This document shows, one piece after another, positions 50,213-64,000 of a DNA stretch of 64,000 nucleotides. The notes beneath the pieces were generated by a model, which had not been told where the DNA came from, made no database searches, and worked only from the letters and a program-made list of their open reading frames with translations. Numbering within the stretch: position 1 is the stretch's first letter; each line of letters opens with the position of its first letter. Both the position numbers and the translations under genes were made by a program. The stretch comes from Malacoraja senta (taxonomy: Eukaryota), in NCBI GenBank assembly GCA_038087875.1, contig CM075992.1:1180001-1244000 (forward strand). The letters run 5' to 3'.

Positions 50213-50892
50213 TAACTCAGCAGGACAGACAGCATCGTTGGGGAGAAGGAATGGGTGATGTTTCGGGTCGAGACCCTTCTTCGGAAACATCACCCATTCC
50301 TTCTCTCCAGAAATGCTGCCTGCCCCGCTGAGAGGCACTCCAGCATTTTGCGTCTGTCTTCGGTTTAAACCACCATCTGCAGTTCCTTCCTACTCACTGG
50401 CCAATCAACGTAGGTAGCTGCAGGTTGCGTCGATAGCAACGATGATTTTTGCGTTGTGTTTTGAAAATAAATGGCAATCGCTAAAAACTGCTCTCTGGTA
50501 GATGCTGAGCTGGAGGGGGAGCTGGCATCTGGTAACAGCCACTTCACAACAGAACTGGTTAAAGTGCCCTTACCCTGCCCTTAGCCATTGAAGCACATCT
50601 GTATGAATACAATCAGCTGTCCCCCCAGAGACTGTGTTTAATCGGTGCGGTGCTGTGCTGGTCCCGGGAACACAGGCTCTGGATAGAGAGGCAGGCCATG
50701 AGAAAATGAAAAAATAAAAGTGTTCGGGAGATGGTGACAACTTCAATCTATCTGGCGGAGAGGGGAAGGATTTACAATCTAAGGGCTGAACAGACCCTGA
50801 TGAATTGGAACGAGGAAAACAAATCAAGGCAGGCCTGAGGCAGGGCTCCGATTGATGGGCCTAAGGCACGTCCTAAACTGAGGCCCATCGAT

Positions 50893-51185
50893 CGGTGGCG
50901 CAGCGTTAGAGTTGCTGCCTCACAGCGCCGGTGACCGGGGCCCGATCCTGACCACGGGCGCCGTCTGCACGGAGTTTGTACGTTCTCCCCGTGACCCGCG
51001 CGGGTTTTCTCCGAGATCTTCGGTTTTCCACTCCACAGGTTTGTCGGTTAATTGTCTTTGGTAAAACTGTAGATTGACCCTGGTGTGTGTAGGGTAGCGT
51101 TTGCGTGTGGGGGTCGTGGGTCGGCGCGGGCTCGATGGGCCGAAGGGCCTGTTTCCGTGCTCTATCGCTAGACTAAACTAACTAA
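50893..51185 (+). mobile_element. HE1-like V-SINE
   Basis: Collinear with 60567-60867. Confidence 0.82.
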
Positions 51186-51476
51186 AGGTAGACAGAGGTC
51201 TTCCTCACACATGGAAGATGGGCCCCAGACCGATCCCAAATCAACCTGTTTAAAGCAATAGAAGCCTGAATATTGGGACCTGAAGCCCAGTTGAGCCTGG
51301 CCATGGTCAGAGTGAGGCCCAACGCAAATTGGAGGAACAGCACTTCATACAGTATTTCGCTTGGGAAGCTTCCACCCCACTGATATGAACATTCAAGTAA
51401 CCTTTGCTTTCCCTCTCTCTCCATCCCTCCCCCATCACAGTTCTACGACCGGTCTGACTGTCCCCTGATTACGTTT

Positions 51477-52675
51477 TAGACAATAGACAACAGGTGCAGG
51501 AGTAGGCCATTCGTCCCTTCGAGCCAGCACCGCCATTCAATGTGATCATGGCTGATCATCCCCAATCAGTACCCCGTTCCTGCCTTCTCCCCATATCCCC
51601 TGACTCCGCTATCTTTAAGAGCCCTATCTAGCTCTCTCTTGAAAGCATCCAGAGAACCTGCCTCCACCGCCCTCTGAGGCAGAGAATTCCACAGACTCAC
51701 AACTCTCTGTGAGGAAAAGTGTTTCCTCGTCTCCGTTCTAAATGGCTTACCCCTTATTCTTAAACTGTGTGGCCCCTGGTTCTGGACTCCCCCCAACATC
51801 GGGAACATGTTTCCTGCCTCTAGCGTGTCCAAGCCCTTCATAATCTTAAGGGCATGTCGCACTTTCACGACGTAATTCACAACCTCTGCCGAGTTTGCCC
51901 TTGACTCATACTCGCAGCATGGTCGTCATGAGGTCGGAGGAGGTGTAGGAGGTCGTAGGTAGGTCGTAGCAGGCCGTGATGCTAGTCGTAGGTACTCGTG
52001 GCATCAAGTAGGTCGAGGCGATTTTCTAGCCTGATGAAAAATGTCCACGAGTAAAAAGGTGGTGAATTAGGTCGTGAAAGTGAGACAGGCCCTTTATATG
52101 TTTCAATGAGATCCCCTCTCATCTTTCTAAACTCCAGAGTGTACAAGCCCAGCCGCTCCATTCTCTCAGCATATGACAGTCCCGCCATCCCGGGAATTAA
52201 CCTTGTAAACCTACGCTGCGCTCCCTCAATAGCAAGAATGCCCTTCCTCAAATTAGGGGACCAAAACTGCACACAATACTCCAGGTGTGGTCTCACTAGG
52301 GCTCTGTACAACTGCAGAAGGACCTCTTTGCTCCTATATTCGATTCCTCTTGTTATAAAGGCCAACATGCCATTCGCTTTCTTCACTGCCTGCTGTACCT
52401 GCATGCTTACTTTCATAGACTGACGTACAAGGACCCCCAGATCCCGTTGTACTTCCCCTTTTCCCAACTTGACGGCATTTAGACAGTAATCTGCCTTCCT
52501 GTTTTTGCTACCAAAGTGGATAACCTCACATTTATCCGCATTAAACTTCACCTGCCATGCATCTGCCCGCTCCCCCAACCTGTCCAAGTCCCCCTGCATT
52601 CTCATAGCATCCTCCTCACATTTCACACTGCCACCCAGCTTTGTGTCATCTGCAAATTTGCTAATGTAACTTTGA
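51477..52675 (-). mobile_element. CR1 fragment interrupted by a MITE at 51849-52093
   Basis: [21 protein letters not shown]; resumes across a TTA duplication. Confidence 0.9.
51849..52093. mobile_element. PIF/Harbinger-type MITE with perfect TTA TSD
   Basis: TTA at 51846-51848 and 52094-52096 reconstitutes CR1 aatcTTAtatgtttc. Confidence 0.85.
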
Positions 52676-53991
52676 TGTAGAACGCTGAAAAGCTCTTGGT
52701 ATAGCATCACCCAGCACTATGATGTTGGTGGACGTGCTAGTCGAGGTGGAGATGCATCTTTGTGTGTGTTGATGTTTTTCGGAGATCTCTGATGCTGGCT
52801 GGTTAGGTAGGGTGTTCCAACCCTTGCTGTCGTGAAGAAACACGAGTTAGAAAGTGCTAATGAAGTGCCGTGCGGAATGAAATAATTTCCAGGTTGGTAG
52901 TTGACGAACACTCTCTTGGACGTCTAGAGATATGCAGCAAAGAGCAGATTGACTGGTTGCATCAAGGCCTGGTTCATCTCCTTGAACTCCCAGGAACGAA
53001 GAAGATTGAAATAATAAGTGGTAAACACTTCCCAGTCGACCACGGGTACTGAGCTCCCCACCATCAAAGGGGTCTACAAGAGATGCCACCATCAAAAAAG
53101 CAGCCAGCATCATCACCATAGACCCACCCCACCCTGGCCACGCTCTCATTTCACTCCTGTCATTGGGAAGTTTTTTCGGAGCCTGAAAATTGTACATTTT
53201 CGACACCCTAGGGACAAGTTTGAAACCTACACACTGGGGACAATTTGCAGAAGCCAATTATCCTACTAAAAGATTCTTCCAAGTAGACAAAAAATGCTGG
53301 AGAAACTAATCGAGAAACTCATCAGACTGAAGAATGGTTTCGTCCCGAAACGTTGCCTATTTCCTTCGCTCCATAGATGCTGCCGCACCCGCTGAGTTTC
53401 CCCAGCAATTTTGTCTACCCCCTCTCTCATCGAGTGAGGCAGCATCAATGGAGAGATGGAGAAGGGGTGGGTGACGTTTTGGGTCGAGACCCTTCTTGAG
53501 ACTTCAAGCTTCACACCATCTGTGCCTCTCATAATTCCATATATGTCGATCAAATCTCCCCTCAGCCTCGGTATTTAAAAAGTGCGTCTTTGTTCCCAAT
53601 ATTCGTCCCCCTCCATCGCTGAGCACAAGTGTTTTCACTCAGTCTTTTTCTATAGAACGATTGCAAAAGCTCCTAAAATAATTCAGTCTATGTGTATCGC
53701 TTCGGGAGTTTTCTGAGAGGTGAGATATAAGCAGACAGACGGATGATAAGACGGTGGGTTGAACAAAGGAGGCACGATCTTGCTCTGCCAAATGCCCATT
53801 CAGGAGGTGAAGAAAAAAATCCGCCAATGTGTAATAGCAATTCAGCCGCTGGTTCATCTTTTGTCTCTCACTGACAACAGGCCTGTCAGAATCAGACGCT
53901 GAGATTCAGCTCTGAGCCCTGCCGCTCCCAATGGTCCCCAGGACCGAGAGTTCAACCCTAGATCACAACCACCTCCTCAGTGTTACACCAC

Positions 53992-54680
53992 TCACCCCTC
54001 ACTATGGCAGATACACCCCTCGATGTAACAGATACACCCCTCACTGTAACACTGATACACCCCTCACTGTAACAGATACACCCCTCACTGTAACAGATAC
54101 AACCCTCACTGTAGCAGATACAACCCTCACTGTAGCAGATACATCCCTCACTGTAGCAGATATACCCCTCACTGTAGCAGATACATCCCTCACTGTAACA
54201 GATACACCCCTCACTGTAACAGATACACCCCTCACTGTAGCAGATACACACCTCACTGTAGCAGATACACCCCTCAATGTAGCAGATACACCCTTGATGT
54301 AACAGATACACCCCTCACTGTAGCAGATACATCCTCACTGTAGCAGATACACCCTCACTGTAACACTGATACACCCCTCACTGTAGCAGATACACCCCTC
54401 AATGTAGCAGATACACCGCTCGATGTAACAGATATATCCCTCACTGGTATATCTGCTACATCGAGGGGTGTATCTGCTACAGTGAGGGATATATCTGTTA
54501 CATCTGTTACACTGTAGCAGATACACCCCTCACTGTAACACTGACACACCCCCTCACTGTAGCAGATACATCCCTCACTGTAACACTGATACACCCCTCA
54601 CTGTAGCAGATACATCCCTCACTGTAACAGATACGCCCCTCACTGTAGCAGATACACCCTTCGATGTAACACTGATATAT
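53992..54680. repeat. 21-bp minisatellite (GATACACCCCTCACTGTARCA)n with an internal inverted block
   Basis: Tandem units; reverse-complement units at about 54447-54510. Confidence 0.95.
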
Positions 54681-55069
54681 GCCCCACATCCCTGCCTGTA
54701 ATATGTCCCTAATAAACTCCATGCCCCGACCATATTCAGGGGATATGGGGAGAAGGCAGGAACGGGGGTACTGATTGTGGATGATCAGCCATGATCACAT
54801 TGAATGGCGGTGCTGGCTCGAAGGGCCGAATGGCCTACTCCTGCACCTATTGTCCATGTCTATGTTTCTATACTGCAGTATCTGATTGACTCCACTGTGA
54901 TACTTCTCCAGACTGAAGGCAGTATCCAATTCTGAAGAAGGGTTTCGGCCCGAAACGTTGCCTATTTCCTTCGCTCCATAGATGCTGCTGCACCCGCTGA
55001 GTTTCTCCAGCACTTGTCTACATCCAATTCTCAATGTTTGACAGCTCTTCTCTTCCACTTTCGTTCCTC

Positions 55070-55697
55070 TCTGCACCGCCCTTGCACCGCCCTGCACCGC
55101 CCTACACCACCCTGCACCGCCCTACACCACCCTGCACCACCTCACCGCCCTGCACCGCCCTGCACCACCCTGCACCACCCTGCACACCCTGCACCACCCT
55201 GCACACCCTGCACCGCCCTGCACCGCCCTGCACCACCCTGCACCACCCTGCACCACCCTGCACCGCCCCTGCACCACCCTGCACCGCCCTGCACCGCCCT
55301 GCACCACCCTGCACCACCCTGCACCACCCTGGCACCATCCTACACCACCCTGCACCACCCTACACCACCCTGCACCACCCTGCACCGCCCTGCACCACCC
55401 TGCACCACCCTGCACCACCCTGCACCACCCTGCACCACCCTGCACCACCCTGCACCACCCTACCCCACCCTGCACCACCCTACACCACCCTGCACCACCC
55501 TGCACCGCCCTGCACCACCCTGCACCACCCTGCACCACCCTGCACCACCCTGCACCACCCTGCACCGCCCTGCACCACCCTGCACCACCCTGCACCACCC
55601 TACACCACCCTGCACCACCCTGCACCACCCTGCACCACCCTGCACCACCCTACACCACCCTGCACCACCCTGCACCACCCTGCACCACCCTGCACCG
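55070..55697. repeat. 10-bp minisatellite (CTGCACCACC)n
   Basis: About 60 tandem units. Confidence 0.97.
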
Positions 55698-56061
55698 AAT
55701 CTCATTTACACAAGATGATTTTTTTACCAAGTGTTTACCAAGGTTGAGAATGAGCTATTTTACGGATCCCCTGTCACCTAATGCGTTAAGTAACAACTGT
55801 TCCTGATTAACAGGAAGAGCGTAGACTAACGTGGCTGAATTCTGCTGAGTGCTATACCACTGAGACTAAATAAAACAGCAGCAGAACTTTCACAGAGAAC
55901 TGAAAAAAACGACTCAGGTATTTTATCAAGAAGGGTACCTTGGGTATTGCTTGGAAATGGTACAAATTGAACATAGAACATAGAACAGTACAGCGCAGGA
56001 ATGGGCCCTTCAGCCCACAATGTCTGTGCCGAACATTATGCCAAGTTAAACTGATCTCATA

Positions 56062-56693
56062 ACATAGAAACATAGAAAATAGGTGCAGGAGGAGGCGATT
56101 CGGCCCTTCGAGCCAACACCGCCATTCATTGTGATCATGGCTGATCGTCCCCTATCAACAACCCGTGCCTGCCTTCTCCCCATATCCCTTGATTCCACTA
56201 GCCCCTAGAGCTCTATCTAACTCTCTCTTAAATCCATCCAGTGACTTGGCCTCCACTGCCCTCTGTGGCAGGGAATTCCACAAATTCACAACTCTCTGGG
56301 TGAAAAAGTTTTTTCTCACCTCAGTCTTAAATTGACCTCCCCTTTATTCCAAGACTGTGGCCCTGGTTCTGGACTCGCCCAACATTGGGAACATTTTTCC
56401 TGCATCTAGCTTATCCAGTCCTTTTATAATTTTATATGTTTCTATAAGATTCCCCCTCATCCTTCTAAACTCCAGTGAATACAAGCCTAGTCTTTTCAAT
56501 CTTTCCTCATATGACAGCCCCACCATCCCAGGGATCAATCTGGTGAACCTACGCTGCACTGCCTCAATCACGAGGATGTCCTTCCTCAAATTAGGAGACC
56601 AAAACTGTACACAATACTCCAGATGTGGTCTCACCAGAGCCCTATACAACTGCAGAAGAACCTCTTTACTCCTATACTGAAATCCTCTTGTTA
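56062..56693 (-). mobile_element. CR1 3' fragment
   Basis: ORF 56344-56709. Confidence 0.88.
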
Positions 56694-57396
56694 TGATCTG
56701 CCTATACATGATCCATATCCTTCAATCACCATACACTTCCATGTGCCAATCTAAAAGCCTCTTAATAACACCACTATCCTATCTGCCACCCCTTGAACGA
56801 CTAGTCGTGAAGTACCAGCTTAGCCATGGATGGAATATTGAGGTTGCAATTTAGGAAGGATGCCAAGGTTTTTGAGAAGGTACAATTGAGATTTCCCAGA
56901 CCAATTCCAGTGAGGTGGAACTTCAGTTGAATGGAAGGGTTTGCAGGAGTCTCTGTGGAGCAAAGAAGGTTCCTTCAACAAACGCATCTTGAAATCTGTG
57001 AGGGGGCGTTTGGAATAAATAAGCAAAATCCATTTCCACCATCAGAAGCAGCGGAAAACTAAAGGGCACAGATCTATGATAAGCAGCAAATTAAACAACG
57101 CAGAGAGAGATGAGGAGATCGCTTTTCACTCTCGGTGTTTTTCAGTCTGAACTGCTCTGCATTCGGGTTGTGGAGGCAGGTTCAACAATAACTTTCAGAA
57201 GGGAATTGGGTAAATATATAAAACGGTGACATTTGCACGATCGGTGAGAAATAGACCCATGAATATTCCTCGTCTCCAACCGAATGTGGTGAATGACATG
57301 AACCTTTTATTGTTTACATATTCTGTTGTGCTGCTGCAGGTAAGAATTTCATTGTTCCATCCAGGACATATGACAATAAAACGCTCTTGAATGTTA

Positions 57397-57688
57397 AAGA
57401 AGGAAATGCAGATGCTGGAAAATCGAAGGTAGACAAAAATGCTGGGAGAAACTCAGCGGGTGCGGCAGCATCTATGGAGCGAAGGAAATAGGCAACGTTT
57501 CGGGCCGAAACCCGGAAGGTTTCCTATTTCCAGAAGGGTTTTCGGCCCGAAACGTTGCCTTATTTCCAGAAGGGTTTCGGCCCGAAACGTTGCCTATTTC
57601 CAGAAGGGTTTCTGCCCGAAACGTTGCCTATTTCCTTCGCTCCATAGATGCTGCTGCACCCGCTGAGTTTCTCCAGCACTTTAATCTA
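57397..57688. mobile_element. Fold-back PLE-tail element with internal ~34-bp tandem copies and 13-bp TSD
   Basis: ctcttgaatgtta at 57384-57396 and 57689-57701; similar uninterrupted site near 4775-4787. Confidence 0.85.
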
Positions 57689-60111
57689 CTCTTGAATGTT
57701 AGACTGAATCGACAATTATATTTAAAATGAATTAAATGGGGAAATAAGCTGCAAATCCCCAGCATAAACTTGTGGAATAGCCCCGAATATTCCAGGCACA
57801 CCACAATCCTTGAGATTCAACCACGAATTCTTCGGCAAATTCAGGACAGGACGGTTTAAGATTGAGACACAAGACAGTTTAGCATTGAGACAAAGTGCTG
57901 GAGGAACTCAGGGAACCAGGCAGCATCTCTGCAGAAGCTCATAAGGGATAGGAACAGAATCAGGCCATTCAGCCCATTAAGTCTACTCCTCCACTCGGTG
58001 ACAGATTGTTGATTAGTACGGGTGTCAGGGGTTATGTGGAGAAGGCTGGAGAATGGGGTTGAGAGGGAAAGGTAGATCAGCCATGATTTAATTTGTGAAG
58101 TAGACTTGATGGGCTGAATGGCCTTGTTAGTTCTGCCCCTATGACTTATGAGTTTATGAAGGAGAGGTTTTTTTGTCCCTTCCTCTGCTTTTCCTCCAGC
58201 TGAACCAGCGGAACCTCCCTCAGTCTCTGATTCATCACAAAACTGCAATTATCTGCCGAGTCGGTCAATACGAGGAAACAAACAATAAATTTGCAGTTAC
58301 ATCATAAAAACCATTTGCGTTTTTCACTTCTATCCGGTGATTAAAGGTTGATAAGTGATAGGAGCAGCATTAGGCCATTCGGCCCATCAAGTCTACTCCG
58401 CCATTCAATCATGGCTGATCTATCTCTCCCTCCGAACCCCATTCTCCTGCCTTCTCCCCATACCCCCCTGACACCCGCACTAATCAACAATCTATCTATC
58501 TCTGCCTTAAAAACATCCAAGGTGGAAATGTCAAAGACGAGATGGCATAGTTTGAAGGTAAATGGGGCAAGCTTAATGGAGGTGTACGGGGCAGGGTTTT
58601 TACACAGAGAGCGATGGGTGCCTGGAATCTGCTGCCAGGGTGGTGGTGAAGCAGATTATGGTAGTGCCGTTTCAGAAGCTTTTAGGTTGAGATGCAGACT
58701 AGTTTAACTTTTTAACTTGGCATCATGTACGACACAGACATTGTGGCCTGTTCCTGTGCTGTACTGTTCTACATTCTGTTGAGAAGACGGAGAGAAAATT
58801 GGAGTAGTGGCAAGAAATATCAGAAGGCAGCAGCAAGCACTTCACACGGTGAAGGCATCACTGCTCTTCAATAGAACAGAGTTATCCGAAGCAGAATCAA
58901 GCTGCCTTACTGTACATTTTGTGCTACCAAGTGGGATGAATTCCAAGTGCAGGGCTTGCCAAAGTTAGTATCATAGAGAGTCATAGAGTGATACAGCGTG
59001 GAAACAGGCCCTTTGGCCCAACTTGCCCACACCAGCCAACATGTCCCAGCTACACTAGTCCCACCTGCCAGTGCTTGGCCCATATTCCTCCAAACCTGTC
59101 CTATCCAGGGTCTGAAGAAGGGTTTCGGCCTGAAACGTCGCCTATTTCCTTCGGAACATAGATGCTGCTGCACCCGCTGAGTTTCTCCAGCATTTCTGTG
59201 TACATATCCATGTCAAACTGTTTCTTAAATGTTGGGATAGTCCCTGCCACAACTACCTCCTCTGGCAGCTCGTTCCATACACCCACCACCCTTTGTGTGA
59301 AAAAATTACCCTCTCAGTAGTTACCCCTTAAAATTCCTATTAAATCTTTTCTTCACCTTCACCTTCACCTTGAACCTATGTCCTCTGGTCCTCGATTCCC
59401 CTACTCTGGGCAAGAGACTCTGTGCATCTACCCGATCTATTCCTCTCATTAGGAACACAGTTACTCATCGGGAAAACTAAAAGAATATCATTGTTAGAGA
59501 ATAAACCTGCAGATGCTAAAAAAAACACAGAGAATACCGGGGATATGGTCAAGGAATAGGTCAAGGAACAGGTCAAGGAATATGGAGAAAAAGCAAGAAT
59601 GGGGTCCTGAGTTTAGATGATCAGCCATGATCATATTGAATGGTGGTGCTGGCTCGAAGGGCTGAATGGCCTATTCCTGCACCTAATTTTCTATGTTCTA
59701 TCGTTCTAGGTCAGGCAACATCAGTAGGAAGGGCAGCAGAGTTGATGATTAGGATCAGGGAGAGAGGATAAGTGTGTTTTAGTTTGCAGGGAGGATTAGG
59801 TGGAGAGGTAACAGAGGGAATGCATGTTATTAGGTACGGACCAATGTTGTCAAGGTAATATTCACTTCAGCAAGAGTCTGAAGAGCAAGAAAATAAAGAA
59901 TTTGAAGAATTTGAAAGGAAAAGCCACATCTGTGAAAGAAAGAAGTGGGTGGTTGTCTGAAAAAATGTTCAACTCAATATTAGGTCCGGATCGATCCCAG
60001 ACAGAGGATGAGTTTCCTCCCACATCCCAAAGCTGCGCGGGGTTGCAGGTTAATCGGCCCTCTGTAAATTGCTCCCAGTTTGTAGGGAGTGGATGAGAAA
60101 GTGGGAATATA

Positions 60112-60466
60112 CAGTGGCTTGCAAAAGTATTCATACCCCTTGAACTTTTCCACATTTTCCACATTAGATGTGCAAAGCTGGTAGAGACATACCCCCAAAA
60201 GACTTGCAGCTGTAATTGCAGCGAAAGGTGGTTCTACAAAGTATTGACTCAGGGGGGCTGAATACTTTTGCACGCAACACTTTTCAGTTTTTTACTTGTA
60301 AAAAAATTTGAAAACCATGTATCATTTTCCTTCCACTTCACAATTATGCGCCCCTTTGTGTTGGTCTGTCACGTAAAATCCCAATAAAATACATTTACGT
60401 TTGTGGTTGTAACGTGACAAAATGTGGAAAAGTTCAAGGGGGTATGAACACTTTTGCAAGCCACTG
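60112..60466 (+). mobile_element. Tc1-like DNA transposon, internally deleted
   Basis: TA TSD; TIR CAGTGGCTTGCAAAAGTATTCATACCCC; transposase C-terminus RCAKLVETYP/KRLAAVIAAKGGSTKY* at 60166-60247 (1-nt frameshift); inner direct repeat at about 60252-60275. Confidence 0.9.
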
Positions 60467-60566
60467 TAAAAAAGAATAAAATCAGGAAAGGGGAAAAGGG
60501 GGAATGAGGCTGAAGGGAAATGGAACATTCTGGAGAGCTGCCGTGGGAGATGACTTTGATGGAACC

Positions 60567-60867
60567 GCACGGTGGCGCAGCGGTAGAGTTGCTGCCTCAC
60601 AGCGCCAGAGACCCGGGTTCGATCCTGACTACGGGTGCTGTCTGTACGGAGTTTGTACCTTCTCCCCGTGACCCGCGTGGGTTTTCTCTGAGATCTTCGG
60701 TTCCCTCCCACACTCCAAAGACGTGGAGGTTTGTAGGTTAATTGGCTTGGTGTATTTTAATTTGTCCCTGGTGTGTGTAGGGTAGTGTTTGTGTGCGGGG
60801 ATCGCAGGTCAGCGCAGACTGGGTGGGCCGAAGGGCCTGTTTCCACGCTGGTTCTCTAAACTAAACT
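60567..60867 (+). mobile_element. tRNA-derived V-SINE (HE1-like), near full length
   Basis: A box TGGCGCAGCGG 60573-60583, B box GGTTCGATCC 60616-60625, V-domain ggagtttgtac..tctccccgtg..cctcccacactccaaagac, (AAACT)n tail. Confidence 0.85.
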
Positions 60868-61000
60868 GCCATCCATCTTCTCCTACAGGTCCTCCAGCAG
60901 TGAGGAGACCACATTGTCAGCACCTTGTTATTCCATCCACACCTATGTTGTGCATTCTATCAAAGTCTTGACCTGAAACGTCAACCATCCCACTGTCTCC

Positions 61001-61615
61001 ATAGATACATAGATACATAGATACATAGGTGCAGGAGTAGGCCATTCGGCCCTTCGAGCCTGCACCGCCATTCATTGTGATCATGGCTGATCATCCAACT
61101 CAGTATCCCGTACCTGCCTTCTCTCCATACCCCCTGATCCCTTTAGCCACAAGGGCCACATCTAACTCCCTCTTAAATATAGCCAATGAACTGGCCTCAA
61201 CTACCCTCTGTGGCAGAGAGTTCCAGAGATTCACCACTCTCTGTGTGAAAAAGTTTTTCCTCATCTCGGTCTTAAAGGATTTCCCCCTTATCCTTAAGCT
61301 GTGACCCCTTGTCCTGGACTTCCCCAAAATCGGGAACAATCTTCCTGCATCTAGCCTGTCCAACCCCATAAGAATTTTGTACGTTTCTATAAGATCCCCT
61401 CTCAATCTCCTAAATTCTAGCGAGTATAAGCCAAGTCTATCCAGTCTTTCTTCATATGAAAGTCCTGACATCCCAGGAATCAGTCTGGTGAACCTTCTCT
61501 CTATTCCCTCTATGGCAAGAATGTCTTTCCTCAGATTTGGAGACCAAAACTGTACGCAATACTCCAGGTGTGGTCTCACCAAGACCATGTACAACTGCAG
61601 TAGAACCTCCCTGCT
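61001..61615 (-). mobile_element. CR1 3' fragment, young subfamily
   Basis: ORF 61100-61663; (TCTATGTA)n tail. Confidence 0.9.
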
Positions 61616-63189
61616 GCCTGGCCTGCTGCAGTTTGTTTGTCTATTCGATCTAGACTCCAGCATCTGCTGTCTTTTGTGCCCGATTCTATACTATGTCCGT
61701 TTCAGTGAACATCCTTGCCCTGAAAAGGTGATTCCGTCTCTCTCTCGCCACAGACAAAGGATGATCTATGTTCTATTAAGAAGACGTTGAGAAAATTTGC
61801 ATGAGGAGGCCATTCAGCCCTTCGAGCCAGCACCGCCATTCATTGTGATCATGGCTGATCGTCCCCTATCAACAACCCGTGCCTGCCTTCTCCCCATATC
61901 CCTTGACTCCACTAGCCCCTAGAGCTCTATCTAACTCTCTCTTAAATCCATCCAGTGACTTGGCCTCCACTGCCCTCTGTGGCAGGGAATTCCACAAATT
62001 CACAACTCTCTGGGTGAAAAAGTTTTTTCTCATCTCAGTCTTAAATGACCTCTTAAATGGGGATGATCAGCCATGATCACATTGAATGGCGGTGCTGGCT
62101 CGAAGGGCCGAATGGCCTACTCCTGCACCTATTGTCTATAGTCTATAATACCTAGGGTGGGCAGGTTGCCTTATTTAGTTGTGCACCTACCCAATCTATT
62201 GTTCTCATGACTTTATACAGCTCAATAAAATCACCCTTCATCCTCCTGCACTCCCAGCCTACTCAACCTCACCCTATAGCTCAGACCCTCTAGCCCTGGC
62301 AACATCCGTGTAAATCTTTTCTGTACCCTTTCCAGCTTGACAACATCGTTTCTATATGACAACATCTTTCTCCCTTCACAAACTCGCACCAAATGCCTCC
62401 AGGGAAAGTACAGCATGTGTTAGATATATGGGTCAGTTTAGTTTAGTCCAGTTTGGACATACAGCGTAGAAACAGGCCCTTTGACCCGTCGGGTCCACAC
62501 CGACCACCCATCACCTGCACATTTAGTTGATGTCCTACAAACTAGGGACAGTTTACAGGAGCCCATTAACCAACAAACCTGTGCGTCTTTGCGGTGTGGG
62601 AGGAAACCAGAGAACCCGGAGGAAAACCCTCGCAGTCACGGGGAGAGCGTGCAAACTCCTCACAGACAGCACCCACAGTCACGATCAATCCTGGCTCTTT
62701 GGTGTTGTAAGGCAGAAACTCTACTGCTGCGCCACCTAAGGCCAAATTAGCTTAGATGAGGCATCTTGGTCCACGTGGACTAGTAGTTCTATGAAAAAGG
62801 AAGACATCCCTTTTGAAAGGCAGGCGCTCCATTTAGTTGAGTACTAAAGATGGGCCGAATGGTCTGACTGATTCCCTGCTGCCTGACTCTACAGTATGGC
62901 TTCAGGATATCACAGGACTCTGCACTACCATCCTGGAATTAACAAAGCCATAATCTGTGCTGTTTACTCTGCTCCTAATGGTTTAATTACTGGGCTTGGT
63001 GACAGAGCCTGGCGGGAGAGAGGAACTAACCAGTGCTTCGGTCTTCAGAGTCTTCACAGCCGTGGAGAGACAGGCAAACGGATCTAGGACTGTAGCTTGA
63101 ACTGACATTACATAAAAATCATGAGAGGAATAGATCGGGTAGATGCACAGAGTCTCTTGCCCAGAGTAGGGGGAATCGAGGACCAGAGG

Positions 63190-63624
63190 ACATAGAAACA
63201 TAGAAACATAGAAAATAGGTGCAGGAGTAGGCCATTCGGCCCTTCGAGCCTGCACCGCCATTCAATATGATCATGGCTGATCATCCAACTCAGTATCCTG
63301 TACCTGCTTTCTCTCCATACCCCCCTGATCCCTTTAGCCACAAGGGCCACATCTAACTCCCTCTTAAATATAACCAATGAACTGGCCTCAACTACCTTCT
63401 GTGGCAGAGAATTCCACAGATTCACCACTCTCTGTGTGAAAAAAGTTTTTCTCATCTCAGTCCTAAAAGATTTCCCCTTTATCCTTAAACTGTGGCCCCT
63501 TGTCCTGGACTTCCCCAACATCGGGAACAATCTTCCTGCATCTAGCCTGTCCAACCCCTTAAGAATTTTGTAAGTTTCTATAAGAGCCCCCCTCAATCTT
63601 CTAAATTCTAGCCAGTATAAGCCG
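63190..63624 (-). mobile_element. CR1 3' fragment nested in another CR1-like fragment
   Basis: ORF 63108-63596; host sequence continues on both sides (63115-63190, 63625-63910). Confidence 0.85.
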
Positions 63625-64000
63625 ACATAGGTTCAAGGTGAAGGGGAAAATATTTAATAGGAATCTGAGTGGTAACTTTCTCACAAACGGTGGTGGGTGT
63701 ATGGAACGAGCTGCCAGAGGAGGTAGTTGAGGCTGGGACTATCCCAACGTTTAAGAAACAGTTAGACAGGTACATGGATAGGAGAGGTTTAGAGGGATAT
63801 GGACCAAACGCAGGCAGGTGGGACTATTATAGCTGGGACATGTTGTCCGGTGTGGGCAAGTTGGGCTGAAGGGCCTGTTTCCCCACTGTATCTCTCTATG
63901 ACTCTATGAAACAGCGACAGGAAGGAACTGCAGAGGCTAATTTACACCGAAGATGGACAAAAAATGATGGAGTGCCTACCGCACCTTCCATATCTCTAGT

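Noticed and set aside
50570..50827. Possible upstream (signal-peptide) ADGRL1 exon with GTAAGG donor on the minus strand
   Set aside because: No hydrophobic signal peptide in a compatible frame
53931..54722. Repetitive ORFs (TVADTPL / CICYSEG)
   Set aside because: Translation of a 21-bp minisatellite
55014..55747. Pro/His/Cys-rich ORFs
   Set aside because: Translation of a 10-bp minisatellite
60567..60635. tRNA gene-like A/B boxes
   Set aside because: Head of a V-SINE that continues into the V-domain and LINE-like tail

Overview
Repeat-dense vertebrate intronic DNA, most likely a cartilaginous fish (skate/ray-like). This is inferred from HE1-type V-SINEs and HER1/CR1 LINEs. The window holds three contigs separated by two 200-N gaps (21524-21723, 44825-45024). 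The only host coding sequence I can support is two consecutive, phase-compatible exons of the rhamnose-binding-lectin domain of a latrophilin, best match ADGRL1. They lie on opposite strands in different contigs (45128-45341 minus; 5503-5612 plus), most simply a scaffolding misorientation. The rest is CR1 and Rex1/Babar LINE fragments, V-SINEs, a 2.3-kb Penelope-like element (PLE; RT + GIY-YIG), PIF/Harbinger-type MITEs, one Tc1 and one hAT-like derivative, and minisatellites. The most interesting signal is a minimal hammerhead-ribozyme motif (CUGAAGA-A-stem II-GAAACGUH) in the PLE 3' terminus. The motif recurs in many short, TSD-flanked, often fold-back non-autonomous copies, chimeric cassettes and derived tandem arrays. 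Family assignments come from recognised motifs, not database searches, and many repeat boundaries are approximate.
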